Positions 19,786 through 28,610 of a DNA stretch of 64,000 nt are shown here, in pieces. Each line of letters opens with the position of its first letter. Position 1 is the first letter of the stretch. The position numbers were made by a program, and so were the translations under genes. Origin of the DNA: an uncultured Alphaproteobacteria bacterium (GTDB taxonomy: Bacteria > Pseudomonadota > Alphaproteobacteria > CAAHEQ01 > UBA3637). Where the stretch lies: assembly GCA_934234055.1 (NCBI GenBank), contig CAKQGY010000004.1, positions 44,631-108,630 on the forward strand, written 5' to 3'. The notes under the pieces were generated by a model that had not been told where the DNA came from, did no database searches, and saw nothing but the letters and a program-made list of their open reading frames with translations.

Positions 19786-20140
19786 AAAAATTTCACCTCT
19801 TTCCGGTTTTTTGGAATTAAAATTGCATATACTATACCATAAAGAGACGGCAAAATCAAGTTATTTTTTTACTTTTTTACTTTTCTCTCATCATTACACT
19901 GTGCAGCCTCATCCTCACGCTGTCTTTATACCTGTCGTTTCGGGCCCGAGTGAAATTGAGCTCGGCGATTAAAAAATATCATTATGGCCTCGGTGAGACA
20001 ATCAAGAACGCCCGCAATGCCACCGGTATGATAACCCGCGAATTAAAGCGTCAATATATCGCCGGAACAGCAAGAGGGGTGGGGCAGTGACAGTTTCCGT
20101 CCCCACCGCCATTCTTGTCTTTGTCGTTTTTTATTCTTTT

Positions 20141-20419
20141 TTATATCGCACCCAACAGGACTTCCGGGTTATATTCCGGCGGCACGATGAAGGCGGGCTT
20201 TTGATATTTGTTCAACTCGGCTCTGAAATAGGTCAATACGAACAAACGTGTTGCCGATGACAGGCCGGTTTTTCCCCGCACTTTATCAATTTTTGAGCAC
20301 AATTCGTGTATACTCACGCGTTGGCGATGGCAGATATCCGCGATAGAAATCCAAGTTTCCCTGTCCAAGCGCATACTGGTGCGACGTCCGTTGACGATCA
20401 CATTTTTACAGATCAACAT
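20141..20419 (-). CDS. ribbon-helix-helix domain protein (RHH_4-like)
   Basis: 92 aa. VNGRRTSMRLDRETWISIADICHRQRVSIHELCSKID resembles the alphaproteobacterial RHH family. Confidence 0.55.
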   Translation of the reverse strand: MLICKNVIVNGRRTSMRLDRETWISIADICHRQRVSIHELCSKIDKVRGKTGLSSATRLFVLTYFRAELNKYQKPAFIVPPEYNPEVLLGAI

Positions 20420-20527
20420 TTTTATTTTCCTTTCATTTTGCGGGGAATATATTCATAAATAGGTATCTTTTGGGTAAAATGCAACCTACCATACGATGTT
20501 TTCCCCACAATTCCCCGAATCGGTATC

Positions 20528-20607
20528 GTCATTCTGAATTTTCCCGTTATTCGGATAACTGCACAACCTCGGACTTGTCCCCCCGAAGAACCCATTAGAC
20601 AAAGAGT
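20528..20607 (+). repeat. hairpin repeat family copy (long-loop variant)
   Basis: GTCATTCTGAATTTTCC...GGACTTGTCCCCCCGAAGAACCCATTAGACAAAGAGT. Confidence 0.55.
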
Positions 20608-20613
20608 TTGAAT

Positions 20614-20665
20614 GTCATTGCGCGGGGTGGACTGCTTTTGTCCGCCCCGTGGCACTCCGCCGGAC
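20614..20665 (+). repeat. hairpin repeat family copy
   Basis: GTCATTGCGCGGGGTGGACTGCTTTTGTCCGCCCCGTGGCACTCC. Confidence 0.6.
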
Positions 20666-20688
20666 GCCCGATTTCGAATTACCGCTTC

Positions 20689-23019
20689 CTAAATCGGCAG
20701 GGGCGTCAACTTCTTTTTCAGTGCGATTTTCAAGACTTCTTCAGCCTTACTGACCGGCATGATGCGGATTTTTTGCTTGACCTCATCGGGTATTTCTTCC
20801 AAGTCTTTTTTATTTTCTTCCGGAATGATTACCGTTGTGATTCCGGCCCGCAGCGCCGCCAGCAGTTTTTCTTTTAATCCCCCGATCGGCAGCACATGCC
20901 CCCGCAGGGTAATTTCGCCGGTCATCGCCACATTTTTGCGCACGGGAATTCCCGTCAAAGCCGATACCAGAGAGGTCATCATCGCAATCCCGGCCGAGGG
21001 TCCGTCTTTCGGAGTTGCTCCTTCCGGCACATGCACATGGATGTCGTTCTTTTCAAAGACTTCCGAGGCAATCCCGAACTGCGTATGCCGCGACCGCACG
21101 AACGAGCGCGCCGCTTCAATAGACTCTTTCATCACATCGCCCAGTTGCCCGGTCAAAGTAATTGTCCCTTTTCCCGGCATTGTCACGGCTTCAATGGACA
21201 AGATCTCGCCACCGACTTCTGTCCAAGCCAACCCGGTTGTTGTCCCGACCTGATCTTCTTCTTCTGCGATGCCATAGTTAAATTTCTCAATTCCTGCGTA
21301 TTTTTTCAGGTTTTTGGGCGTGATTGTCACGGATTTAATGTCGCCCAGTTGAATTTCCTTCACGACCTTGCGTGCGATATTTGCGATTTCGCGCTCCAAG
21401 TTCCGCACCCCCGACTCGCGCGTATAGTGTCGGATCAGGGTCAGCAGCGTCTCATCCGTGATTGTCAGTTCACCGTCCGCCAGCCCCGCCAGTTTCAGCT
21501 GCTTGCCGATCAAGTGCCGTTTAGCAATCTCCACTTTTTCGCGTTCGGTATAGCCCGACAGTTGGATAATCTCCATTCTGTCCAGCAACGGCCGCGGCAT
21601 TTTCAAGGTATTTGCCGTCGTGATAAACATCACATGCGACAGGTCATAGTCCACTTCCAAATAGTGGTCGTTAAAGGTCGTATTTTGCTCGGGATCCAGC
21701 ACTTCCAGCAACGCCGACGACGGATCCCCGCGATAGTCATTCCCCAGCTTGTCAATTTCGTCCAACAGGAACAGCGGATTGATTGTCTTGGCTTTTTTCA
21801 TGTTTTGGATAATTTTCCCGGGCATAGATCCGATATAGGTGCGCCGATGCCCGCGGATTTCCGCTTCATCACGCATACCACCCAGGCTGGCGCGCACAAA
21901 GGTCCGTCCCGTTGCGCGTGCGATAGACCGCCCCAGCGAAGTTTTCCCCACCCCCGGCGGTCCCACCAGGCACAGGATAGAGCCTTTCACGCTGTTCGTC
22001 CGTTTTTGCACGGCCAGGAATTCCAAGATCCGCTCTTTCACCTTTTCCAGACCATAATGATCTTCGTCCAGGATTCGCTTGGCTTCCACCAGGTCCGTTT
22101 GCAATTTATCTTTCTTTTGCCACGGCAGAGCCAACAACCAATCCAGGTAATTCCGGATTACGCCCGCTTCGGCGGACATCGGCCCCATCATGCGCAGTTT
22201 TTTCAGTTCCGCCAAAGCCTTTTCCGTCGCTTCTTTGGACATACCGGCTTCTTTGATTTTGGCTTCCAGTTCATTTGTTTCGCCGCCTTCTTCATCGCCC
22301 AGCTCGTGCTGAATAGCCTTCATCTGCTCGTTCAAATAGTATTCGCGCTGACTTTTTTCCATTTGTTTTTTGACGCGCTTGCGGATTTTGCGTTCTACTT
22401 GCAGGACTTCAATTTCCTTTTCCATCAGCTTAAACAGCATTTCCAACCGCCCCGCCAACGAGGTTTGTTCCAGCAACTTTTGCTTATCTTCCAATTTGAT
22501 ATTCAGGTGCGTTGCGATAATATCGGCCAACTCGTCCGGCTTTTGGATTTTTTCAATCGCGCCCAAGATTTCCGGATTGATTTGTTTTTCCAACTGCACA
22601 TAGTCGGTAAAGGAATCCCGCACCGACCGCGCCAAAGCCTCAATTTCATTTTCGCGTGTTTCCTTATCCGTCAGGATTTCGGTATAGGCCTCAAAGAACA
22701 CCTCATTTTGGGTCCAATCTTTCACCCGTGCCCGATTTTTTCCTTCTACCAGGATTTTAACCGTCCCGTCGGGCAGTTTGACCATTTGCAGAACGGTTGC
22801 CAAAGTCCCCACGGGGTACAGGTCGCCCGTGTGAGGCGTGTCCATTTGCGAGTCGGTTTGCGCCACCAACAGGACCGGTTTGTTAAAAGTAATTGCGTTA
22901 TCCAAAGCCGCGATAGATTTATCGCGTCCCACGAACAGCGGTGCCACCACATGCGGAAAAAGGACAATATCCCGCAGCGGCAGGACCGGATAAACACCAT
23001 CAGTAATTGTCACAGCCAT
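20689..23019 (-). CDS. lon: ATP-dependent Lon protease
   Basis: 776 aa. Walker A GPPGVGKTS, LDEIDK, protease motif PKDGPSAGIAM. Confidence 0.95.
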   Translation of the reverse strand: MAVTITDGVYPVLPLRDIVLFPHVVAPLFVGRDKSIAALDNAITFNKPVLLVAQTDSQMDTPHTGDLYPVGTLATVLQMVKLPDGTVKILVEGKNRARVKDWTQNEVFFEAYTEILTDKETRENEIEALARSVRDSFTDYVQLEKQINPEILGAIEKIQKPDELADIIATHLNIKLEDKQKLLEQTSLAGRLEMLFKLMEKEIEVLQVERKIRKRVKKQMEKSQREYYLNEQMKAIQHELGDEEGGETNELEAKIKEAGMSKEATEKALAELKKLRMMGPMSAEAGVIRNYLDWLLALPWQKKDKLQTDLVEAKRILDEDHYGLEKVKERILEFLAVQKRTNSVKGSILCLVGPPGVGKTSLGRSIARATGRTFVRASLGGMRDEAEIRGHRRTYIGSMPGKIIQNMKKAKTINPLFLLDEIDKLGNDYRGDPSSALLEVLDPEQNTTFNDHYLEVDYDLSHVMFITTANTLKMPRPLLDRMEIIQLSGYTEREKVEIAKRHLIGKQLKLAGLADGELTITDETLLTLIRHYTRESGVRNLEREIANIARKVVKEIQLGDIKSVTITPKNLKKYAGIEKFNYGIAEEEDQVGTTTGLAWTEVGGEILSIEAVTMPGKGTITLTGQLGDVMKESIEAARSFVRSRHTQFGIASEVFEKNDIHVHVPEGATPKDGPSAGIAMMTSLVSALTGIPVRKNVAMTGEITLRGHVLPIGGLKEKLLAALRAGITTVIIPEENKKDLEEIPDEVKQKIRIMPVSKAEEVLKIALKKKLTPLPI

Positions 23020-23044
23020 ACAAGCCTCCTCAAATAAGTTGGAC

Positions 23045-23076
23045 TATATATATGTATGCGCCCCCCCGCCTGTCAA
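23045..23076 (-). promoter_or_regulatory. sigma70-type promoter for lon
   Basis: On the minus strand, TTGACA, about 17 nt, then an ATATAT/TATATA run, followed by GAGGAGG RBS and ATG. Confidence 0.45.
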
Positions 23077-23182
23077 GATCTTTTCCCCATTCTCCCCTAA
23101 CTATTTATCCACACCCCTTTTCTCTGTTTGTCTTCCATCTTTCTTCCGTTATTCTTCCCCCGCCGCCAACCCTCTCTCCCCT

Positions 23183-23258
23183 GTCATTGCACTGCGTAAA
23201 CGAGGACCTGCCAGTGGCCGGTCCAAGTGCGCAAAGCAATGAACCTTGCCTTGAACAA
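23183..23258 (+). repeat. hairpin repeat family copy (expanded loop)
   Basis: GTCATTGCACTGCG...GCGCAAAGCAATGAACCTTGCC, preceded by a CT-rich tract. Confidence 0.5.
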
Positions 23259-23292
23259 GTCCGCCCCTGCGCACGCCGTTCAAGGCTTAGGT

Positions 23293-23336
23293 GGAATTGC
23301 CCATCCGGGGCGTGGCAATCCATTAAATAAGGAGTC
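23293..23336 (+). repeat. hairpin repeat family copy (3' half)
   Basis: GGAATTGCCCATCCGGGGCGTGGCAATCCATTAAATAAGGAGTC. Confidence 0.55.
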
Positions 23337-23341
23337 AATAT

Positions 23342-23370
23342 AAAAACCCCTCCCAAGAAATTGGGAGGGG
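23342..23370 (-). terminator. intrinsic terminator after the pilin-like gene
   Basis: On the minus strand, CCCCTCCCA-atttct-TGGGAGGGG followed by TTTTT. Confidence 0.75.
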
Positions 23371-23389
23371 TAGCAGTCAATCGTAGAGA

Positions 23390-23800
23390 TTACTTTGTTG
23401 CTGCTTTCGTGTCAATTGTAATTGTAGAGTTCGCAGCGTCACCACAATCACCAGAGGCACGGTTGCCTGACAATGTTTTGACTAAATCGCAAACATCTTT
23501 ATAGTCCTTCAGAATTACGACCTCCACAGTACCATCGGTTTTACCGGTAATGGAATCAGCCCCTGTCGGATTGGAAACACCGCCCAAATCCGTATACAGC
23601 ACATCGGCGCCGGCCCCAGTGGCAGCACGAGCGACGGCTTCAATAGCAACCATAGAAGCAGCGTTCAAGATTTCGTTAGCACGATAGCGGTTCATAGCCA
23701 AAGTATAACCGGCAATACCACCGATAGACAGCACACCGATAATCGCCAACACGCCCAACATTTCAACCATTGAACGACCAGATTCATTTACATTTTTCAT
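23390..23800 (-). CDS. type IV pilin / pseudopilin-like protein
   Basis: 136 aa. Class III signal MKNVNESG/RSMVEMLGVLAIIGVLSIGGIAGY, with Glu at +5 after Gly and a hydrophobic helix. Confidence 0.7.
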   Translation of the reverse strand: MKNVNESGRSMVEMLGVLAIIGVLSIGGIAGYTLAMNRYRANEILNAASMVAIEAVARAATGAGADVLYTDLGGVSNPTGADSITGKTDGTVEVVILKDYKDVCDLVKTLSGNRASGDCGDAANSTITIDTKAATK

Positions 23801-23961
23801 TTTTGTATCCTTCTTAAAATAATGTTAACATTTTGTAATTTATATGAGGTGTATTAACACCCTCACGAATTAAGACCTAGCACAACTTTTTGGGAAATGC
23901 AAGCACTATTTTACTATTTTTAACGATTTTTTCTTTTTTTTATAAATTTTGTCATAAATCC

Positions 23962-24027
23962 GTCATTTTTTCTTCGCCGTTGCAAGTGTTCGCTCCGGAT
24001 GCGTGGCAATCCATTCAACAAAGAGTC
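23962..24027 (+). repeat. hairpin repeat family copy
   Basis: GTCATTTTTTCTTCGCCGTTGCAAGTGTTCGCTCCGGATGCGTGGCAATCCATTCAACAAAGAGTC. Confidence 0.55.
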
Positions 24028-24131
24028 ACCATATCACCGATCCGGCACATCCCGCGCCGGCCGGGTCTCTGCGTCCTGTCGAACAGGCCTCTTTTGCGTT
24101 TTATCTTTCAACACGTCTCTTCGCGCACACG

Positions 24132-24157
24132 AAAAAAGCCACCCGCACGGAGTGGCC
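24132..24157 (-). terminator. intrinsic terminator after rpmJ
   Basis: On the minus strand, GGCCACTC-cgtgc-GGGTGGC followed by TTTTTT. Confidence 0.65.
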
Positions 24158-24185
24158 TTTCAACGATAGAAAACTTGTTCAACAC

Positions 24186-24311
24186 TTACCCTTGCCGAGC
24201 TTTCAGCTTGGGTTTTTTCTTGTTGATAACATAGACACGCCCTTTCCGGCGAACAACTTTGCAATCTTTATCACGCGCTTTGGCGGATTTTAACGAACAA
24301 CGAACTTTCAT
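24186..24311 (-). CDS. rpmJ: 50S ribosomal protein L36
   Basis: Hand translation gives [41 protein letters not shown] (41 aa). Below the ORF-track size cut-off. Confidence 0.9.
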   Translation of the reverse strand: MKVRCSLKSAKARDKDCKVVRRKGRVYVINKKKPKLKARQG

Positions 24312-24369
24312 AGCATATTCCTTTCCACGATAAAAAGATAGCCCACTATACTCGATTTTTTCCCCGTTG

Positions 24370-25854
24370 TCAAGGCTTTTTTCGCATTATCCCCAAAAAA
24401 AGTAATATCCCCCCCATCAGAGCCAGCGGGATTCCCACACCGCCCCGGGCGTAAATCGTCCGCGCCAAGGGCATCGGCAAAGCGGTATCCAGCACACCCT
24501 CGCGTCCCAGTTCCAGCCGCCCCAGCGTCCGCCCATAGCCGTCAAAGACCGCGCTGATTCCGGTATTGGCCGCGCGTGCCAGGGGCAGACCTTCTTCCAC
24601 GGCGCGCATTTTCGCCATGCCCAGGTGCTGATAGGGCCCCGCGGACAGACCATACCACCCGTCATTCGTGATATTGATCAGCCAATCCGGCCGCCGCCCG
24701 CGTTCCACCACTTGCCCCGAAAAGATGACCTCATAGCACACCAAGGGCCCCAGTGCCGGCGTGCGTCTGGTGCGGATGGTGCGGACATGCGCTCCGGCTT
24801 CAAAGTCAAACGGCAGCGGCACGATTTTCGTCCGCCCCAGGATTCCCCGCATCGGCACATATTCGCCAAAGGGCACCAGGTGCGCTTTATCATAGGATGC
24901 CACAATATTCGCCAAATCATCCAGGATAAACAGGCTGTTTGCGATGGGAGTCTGCCGGTTGCCGGTTGCCCGCATGCCCCCCAGGATTAATGTTCCCCCC
25001 TGTCGCACCGCTTGCATCAGGCGCGCGCGCTCGGTCTCATCGGTATTTATGATAAAGGGCACAGCCGATTCAGGCCAGATCACATGCGTGATTGCGTCAT
25101 TCTTTTCGCGCGACAGGCGGATCAGTTTATCCACATTTGCATCGGCTTCTTGCGGATCCCATTTCAGGGTCTGCGGGATATTCGGTTGCACCAGGCGCAC
25201 CCTTACCCCCGCCGCTTGCGAATCGCTTGCCTGATACAGCCGCAACGCCCCCGCGCCATACAGGATTACCAAAGCCATCCCTGCCGCGATGACGGGTTTT
25301 TTATTCGGCCACAAAGCCGGACTTGCCCCCACTGTCAAAGTCATAAACGACAGGCCATAGACCCCCCAGACCGACGCGGATTGCAGGATCGGCAGGCTGT
25401 TTTCCCACACCGATCCCATCAGGTTCCACGGAAAGCCCGTCAGGATCCAACTGCGTCCCCATTCAAAGATAACCATGATCGCCGCCCACGCCAGCAATCG
25501 CTGTCCGCCCGCGCGTCCGAATCGGCACAGCACCGCCGGCACAGCCCAGAACAGACCGAACAAAGTCCCCATCCCCAGCCAGCACAGGGGAATCAGATAC
25601 GCGAAACTCCCCCCGTCAATCATCAAGGCATTTGTGATCCAGTTTGTTGAGCACACGCCCAGCCCCGCCGCGAACCAGAACGCCGTCCCGAACGCGGTTT
25701 TGCGGTTTTCCGCACGGTTGATTCCCCGAAACACAAGCGTCAAGGTGAACGGCAATATATATATAGCATAATATGGTGCAAAGGCCAGTGCCGTTATGCC
25801 GCCCGCGACGAACAAAGCGATTCGCTTGACAATCGGCTGTCCCGACAATTTCAT
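24370..25854 (-). CDS. lnt: apolipoprotein N-acyltransferase
   Basis: 494 aa. Multi-TM N-terminal half plus CN-hydrolase domain ([10 protein letters not shown]...WPES...VCYE). Confidence 0.85.
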   Translation of the reverse strand: MKLSGQPIVKRIALFVAGGITALAFAPYYAIYILPFTLTLVFRGINRAENRKTAFGTAFWFAAGLGVCSTNWITNALMIDGGSFAYLIPLCWLGMGTLFGLFWAVPAVLCRFGRAGGQRLLAWAAIMVIFEWGRSWILTGFPWNLMGSVWENSLPILQSASVWGVYGLSFMTLTVGASPALWPNKKPVIAAGMALVILYGAGALRLYQASDSQAAGVRVRLVQPNIPQTLKWDPQEADANVDKLIRLSREKNDAITHVIWPESAVPFIINTDETERARLMQAVRQGGTLILGGMRATGNRQTPIANSLFILDDLANIVASYDKAHLVPFGEYVPMRGILGRTKIVPLPFDFEAGAHVRTIRTRRTPALGPLVCYEVIFSGQVVERGRRPDWLINITNDGWYGLSAGPYQHLGMAKMRAVEEGLPLARAANTGISAVFDGYGRTLGRLELGREGVLDTALPMPLARTIYARGGVGIPLALMGGILLFLGIMRKKP

Positions 25855-25863
25855 TTCGGCCTC

Positions 25864-26499
25864 CTATTGACTAACCCAGATCACGCGTGCCATCCACATG
25901 ACTTCCGGTGTGTCCAGTGCGATATCATCGCATGCCGGGTTTAAGGATTTCAGGATCACCTGCCGTGCCGATCGATGTTCTAATTCTTTAACCATCACTT
26001 CCCCCTTTCGGGTTTTCAGGACGATTCGATCTCCTTTGCGCACTTCCGCATCCGGCGAGACGACCAATTTATCCCCGTCGCGATAGGCAGGCTCCATACT
26101 GTTGCCCGACACTTCCAGGGCATACACCCGTTGTCCCAGATCAAAGGGGAATTCAATACCGTCCCAATCTTCACTGCCCAGCGGATAGCCGTTTGCATCA
26201 AAGTATCCGGCGCGTCCCGCTTTGGCCAAGCCCAACAGGGGGATGACATGCGGTTTTGGGCGATAGGGCTCTCCTGCCAGTTCCATAAATTCAAAGATTG
26301 TCGTATTTGTTGCATTCAGGATTTTATTCATACTTTCCGTCGAGGGCCAGCGTTTTCGCCCGTCCGCGCCGATTCGTTTGGATTTATTAAAGCTGGTTGC
26401 GTCCAAGCCGGCCTTGACTGCCAGCCCCGACAAGGACAACCCCTTGCTTTCCGCCAGGTTTTCAATTCCTTTCCATATTTCCGCATATGTCAGTTGCAT
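25864..26499 (-). CDS. XRE-HTH / S24 peptidase repressor (phage CI-like, LexA-type self-cleaving)
   Basis: 211 aa. N-terminal HTH (GLSLSGLAVKAGLDATSFNKSKR) and C-terminal S24 domain with GNSMEP catalytic Ser motif and a downstream Lys. Confidence 0.8.
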   Translation of the reverse strand: MQLTYAEIWKGIENLAESKGLSLSGLAVKAGLDATSFNKSKRIGADGRKRWPSTESMNKILNATNTTIFEFMELAGEPYRPKPHVIPLLGLAKAGRAGYFDANGYPLGSEDWDGIEFPFDLGQRVYALEVSGNSMEPAYRDGDKLVVSPDAEVRKGDRIVLKTRKGEVMVKELEHRSARQVILKSLNPACDDIALDTPEVMWMARVIWVSQ

Positions 26500-26787
26500 A
26501 ATGCCACTCCTTTTGTTTTTACACAGACCCGTTTCATCACTTTTTTCTTTCGGTATATTCCTATCCTTCGGGGGTGATATCCGCTTTTTATCCTAATTCC
26601 TTTTTACCACACCCACCCGTTTTCGTCAACATATTTTTCACACTTTCCCCACTTTTTTACTCCTTTTCCCCTCTTTTTGGCAAATATCCCCCGCTTTTTC
26701 TAAAATCCTCTTTTCTTATTCTCCCCACTCTCGTCATTTTATTATTATTTAACCATTCCACCCATCCGCCAATCACCTCACCCACCT

Positions 26788-26838
26788 GTCATTGCGATCC
26801 CCCTTGCGGGGCGTGGCAATCCACCCGGCACGAATGCA
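26788..26838 (+). repeat. hairpin repeat family copy
   Basis: GTCATTGCGATCCCCCTTGCGGGGCGTGGCAATCCACCCGGCAC, preceded by about 280 nt of pyrimidine-rich sequence. Confidence 0.6.
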
Positions 26839-26920
26839 ATGTATAGAATCACCCATCCCAGAACAAAAAAACTTGCAAAAAATCCGCAAATTGTTTAAAC
26901 TCAACATATCGGAGGTATAA

Positions 26921-27208
26921 ATGGCCCATAAGGAAAAACAGCCGCCCAAAAGTGATGCTTTAAGTATCCTGTATTTATTGCTAGGGATTCCATATGCTTT
27001 TATAATTGTCATGACCGGAATGTCAAGAGCTAAAACCCTTGATGATATATTTGGTTTATTGACCTTTTTTACGCCGGCGGTTTGCTTATGCCTTTTTGCT
27101 TTTTTCTCCGAAAGGACTTATACGCTGATTAAAGCCCTGTCTGTTATTTTTCTTGTAGTCATAGTAATTGTCTCAGGTGCCCATTTGACTTATTTTATTA
27201 CACACTAA
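26921..27208 (+). CDS. small hypothetical membrane protein
   Basis: 95 aa, 3 predicted TM segments, GGAGG RBS. AT-rich compared with its neighbours. Confidence 0.55.
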   Translation: MAHKEKQPPKSDALSILYLLLGIPYAFIIVMTGMSRAKTLDDIFGLLTFFTPAVCLCLFAFFSERTYTLIKALSVIFLVVIVIVSGAHLTYFITH

Positions 27209-27223
27209 GCGCAACTGCAACTT

Positions 27224-27272
27224 GTCATTGCGAGCCGGCTTGCCGGCGTGGAAATCCATTCAACAAGAAGTC
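27224..27272 (+). repeat. hairpin repeat family copy
   Basis: GTCATTGCGAGCCGGCTTGCCGGCGTGGAAATCCATTCAACAAGAAGTC. Confidence 0.65.
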
Positions 27273-27276
27273 AACT

Positions 27277-27325
27277 GTCATTCTGAGTGGGGCTTGTCCC
27301 CCGAAGAATCCACTAAACATTATAT
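27277..27325 (+). repeat. hairpin repeat family copy (ATTCT/AGAAT variant)
   Basis: GTCATTCTGAGTGGGGCTTGTCCCCCGAAGAATCCACTAAACATTATATC. Confidence 0.65.
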
Positions 27326-27330
27326 CCTTA

Positions 27331-27385
27331 TGCCATTGCGAGGGGCGCAGTGTGCCCCGTGGCAATCCACTGAACACTTAAATCA
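27331..27385 (+). repeat. hairpin repeat family copy
   Basis: TGCCATTGCGAGGGGCGCAGTGTGCCCCGTGGCAATCCACTGAACACTTAAATC. Confidence 0.65.
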
Positions 27386-27423
27386 ATATATTCTTGCACA
27401 CATTTTCCCCCAAAAAAAGAGTA

Positions 27424-27990
27424 GGCCGGCACACTCCGCACCGTCCCCACACCTCACCACCGGCCGGCACATTCTGCGCCGCCCGGCACACCCCACGCCG
27501 TCTCCGCACCACACCACACCTCACCACCGCCCGCCACACCCTGCACCGCTCCCCGCACCGCACCCCACCACCGACCAGCACATTCTGCGCCGCCCGGCAC
27601 ACCCCACGCCGACCTCTGCGCGCCACCGCCCCGGCTGCTGTCTCTCCTCTTTTTTTAAATTACCTCCACCGGCCCTTCCGCTCTCATTCCTTATCCTCGG
27701 CTTCCATTTTTTGGGAGGAGGGCGCCTCTATCCCCCCCCTCACACTCCTTTCTTATCCCTCGTCTTCTCGTCCCCACTGTTCCTCTCTGGCCAGCACACC
27801 CCTATCCATCTCCCGCGCCACACTTCACCACCGCCCGCCACACCCTGCGCCGTCCCCACACCGCACCCCACCACCGACCGCCACACCCTGCGCCGCTCCC
27901 CACACCGCACCCCACCACTGGCCGGCACATTCCGCGCCGTCCCCGCTCCCTACTTCGCCACACCGACCGACACATCTGCGCCGACCTCTC
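27424..27990 (+). repeat. C-rich degenerate tandem repeat tract (two arrays separated by a CT-rich spacer)
   Basis: Units of roughly 45-55 nt of the type CACCACCGCCCGCCACACCCTGCGCCG(Y)CCCCACACCGCACCC. An exact 34-nt direct repeat occurs at 27467-27500 and 27578-27611. A near-identical ~56-nt block occurs at 27521-27576 and ~27824-27878. Confidence 0.75.
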
Positions 27991-28228
27991 ATCGCCTCCT
28001 CGGTCGCCCCTTTGATCCCCGGCCCCGTGGCGCGCCTTTCGCCGCCTGAAATGCGGCCTTTGCCGGCCTCTCCCGCCCCTTCGATCTCCCCACTCTTTTT
28101 AGTTGTCTCGCCTATACCATATCCTTTTTGTCCTGTCAATAGGTTTTTTTTCTTATTTTTAGTCTTGACAATTCATTTTTTTTGATTTACTTCTATTTTT
28201 GTGTTTAATTTTAACGAAAGGATAGATT

Positions 28229-28597
28229 ATGAGGAATAAATACCAAACACAAACAGATACTCGCAAAACCGTGCCTTTTGAGACGCCCGAGGACGCCTGG
28301 TTCTGGTTTTGCCTGTGCGAACAATTGGGTCAAACGCGGGCTCGCGGTGGCGAGTCGCGAATCGCTCGCCCGTGCGAGTCGTCGGACATTATTATTGCCG
28401 TCAAGCGGTTGATGAATCAGGGGCTCTTAAAGGCCGAGCACATTCGGATTTTAGAGCACTACGGCTTTGACCAAGCCCCGCCTCATCCGAACTTCGGAGC
28501 CACCGCCCGCGTGTGTCGTCTGTGGCGCGAAGCCATGAGTTTTTTAGAGATGATTCTGCGCCGCAAAGGAATCGTCGCGTGCCTGTTATGTATATGA
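28229..28597 (+). CDS. hypothetical small protein, candidate regulator of the phage-like element
   Basis: 122 aa, AAGGA RBS. C-terminal part (LLKAEHIRILEHYGF) loosely resembles a sigma region-4/HTH segment. No family recognised with confidence. Confidence 0.5.
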   Translation: MRNKYQTQTDTRKTVPFETPEDAWFWFCLCEQLGQTRARGGESRIARPCESSDIIIAVKRLMNQGLLKAEHIRILEHYGFDQAPPHPNFGATARVCRLWREAMSFLEMILRRKGIVACLLCI

Positions 28598-28610
28598 AAG
28601 GAAATGAAAA

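Noticed and set aside
20422-20655. 77-aa minus-strand ORF
   Set aside because: It lies entirely over two hairpin repeat copies in the lon 3' intergenic region and has no RBS.
20896-23037. 713-aa ORF on the plus strand across the lon locus
   Set aside because: It is antisense to an unambiguous Lon protease. Its sequence is low-complexity (Arg/Pro/Phe/Gln-rich) with no motifs or RBS, typical of a shadow ORF.
23007-23380. ORFs 23007..23330, 23039..23242 and 23105..23380
   Set aside because: They overlap the CT-rich tract, two repeat copies and the lon promoter region. They are low-complexity and have no RBS.
25864-26499. Annotating this gene as the host LexA
   Set aside because: Its N-terminus looks like an XRE/CI-type HTH rather than the LexA winged-helix domain, so I kept it as a CI-like S24 repressor. 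Its role as the cellular SOS repressor cannot be excluded without alignment.
27424-27990. Possible CRISPR array
   Set aside because: The repeats are degenerate, directly abutting and of variable length, with no unique spacers of regular size. No cas genes are present in the window.
27222-28185. Pro/His/Thr-rich ORFs 27222..28049 and 27394..28185
   Set aside because: Two overlapping frames stay open only because the C-rich repeat tract cannot form stop codons. The starts lie inside hairpin repeat copies and have no RBS. I treat the tract as a non-coding repeat, but cannot fully exclude a proline-rich repeat protein.
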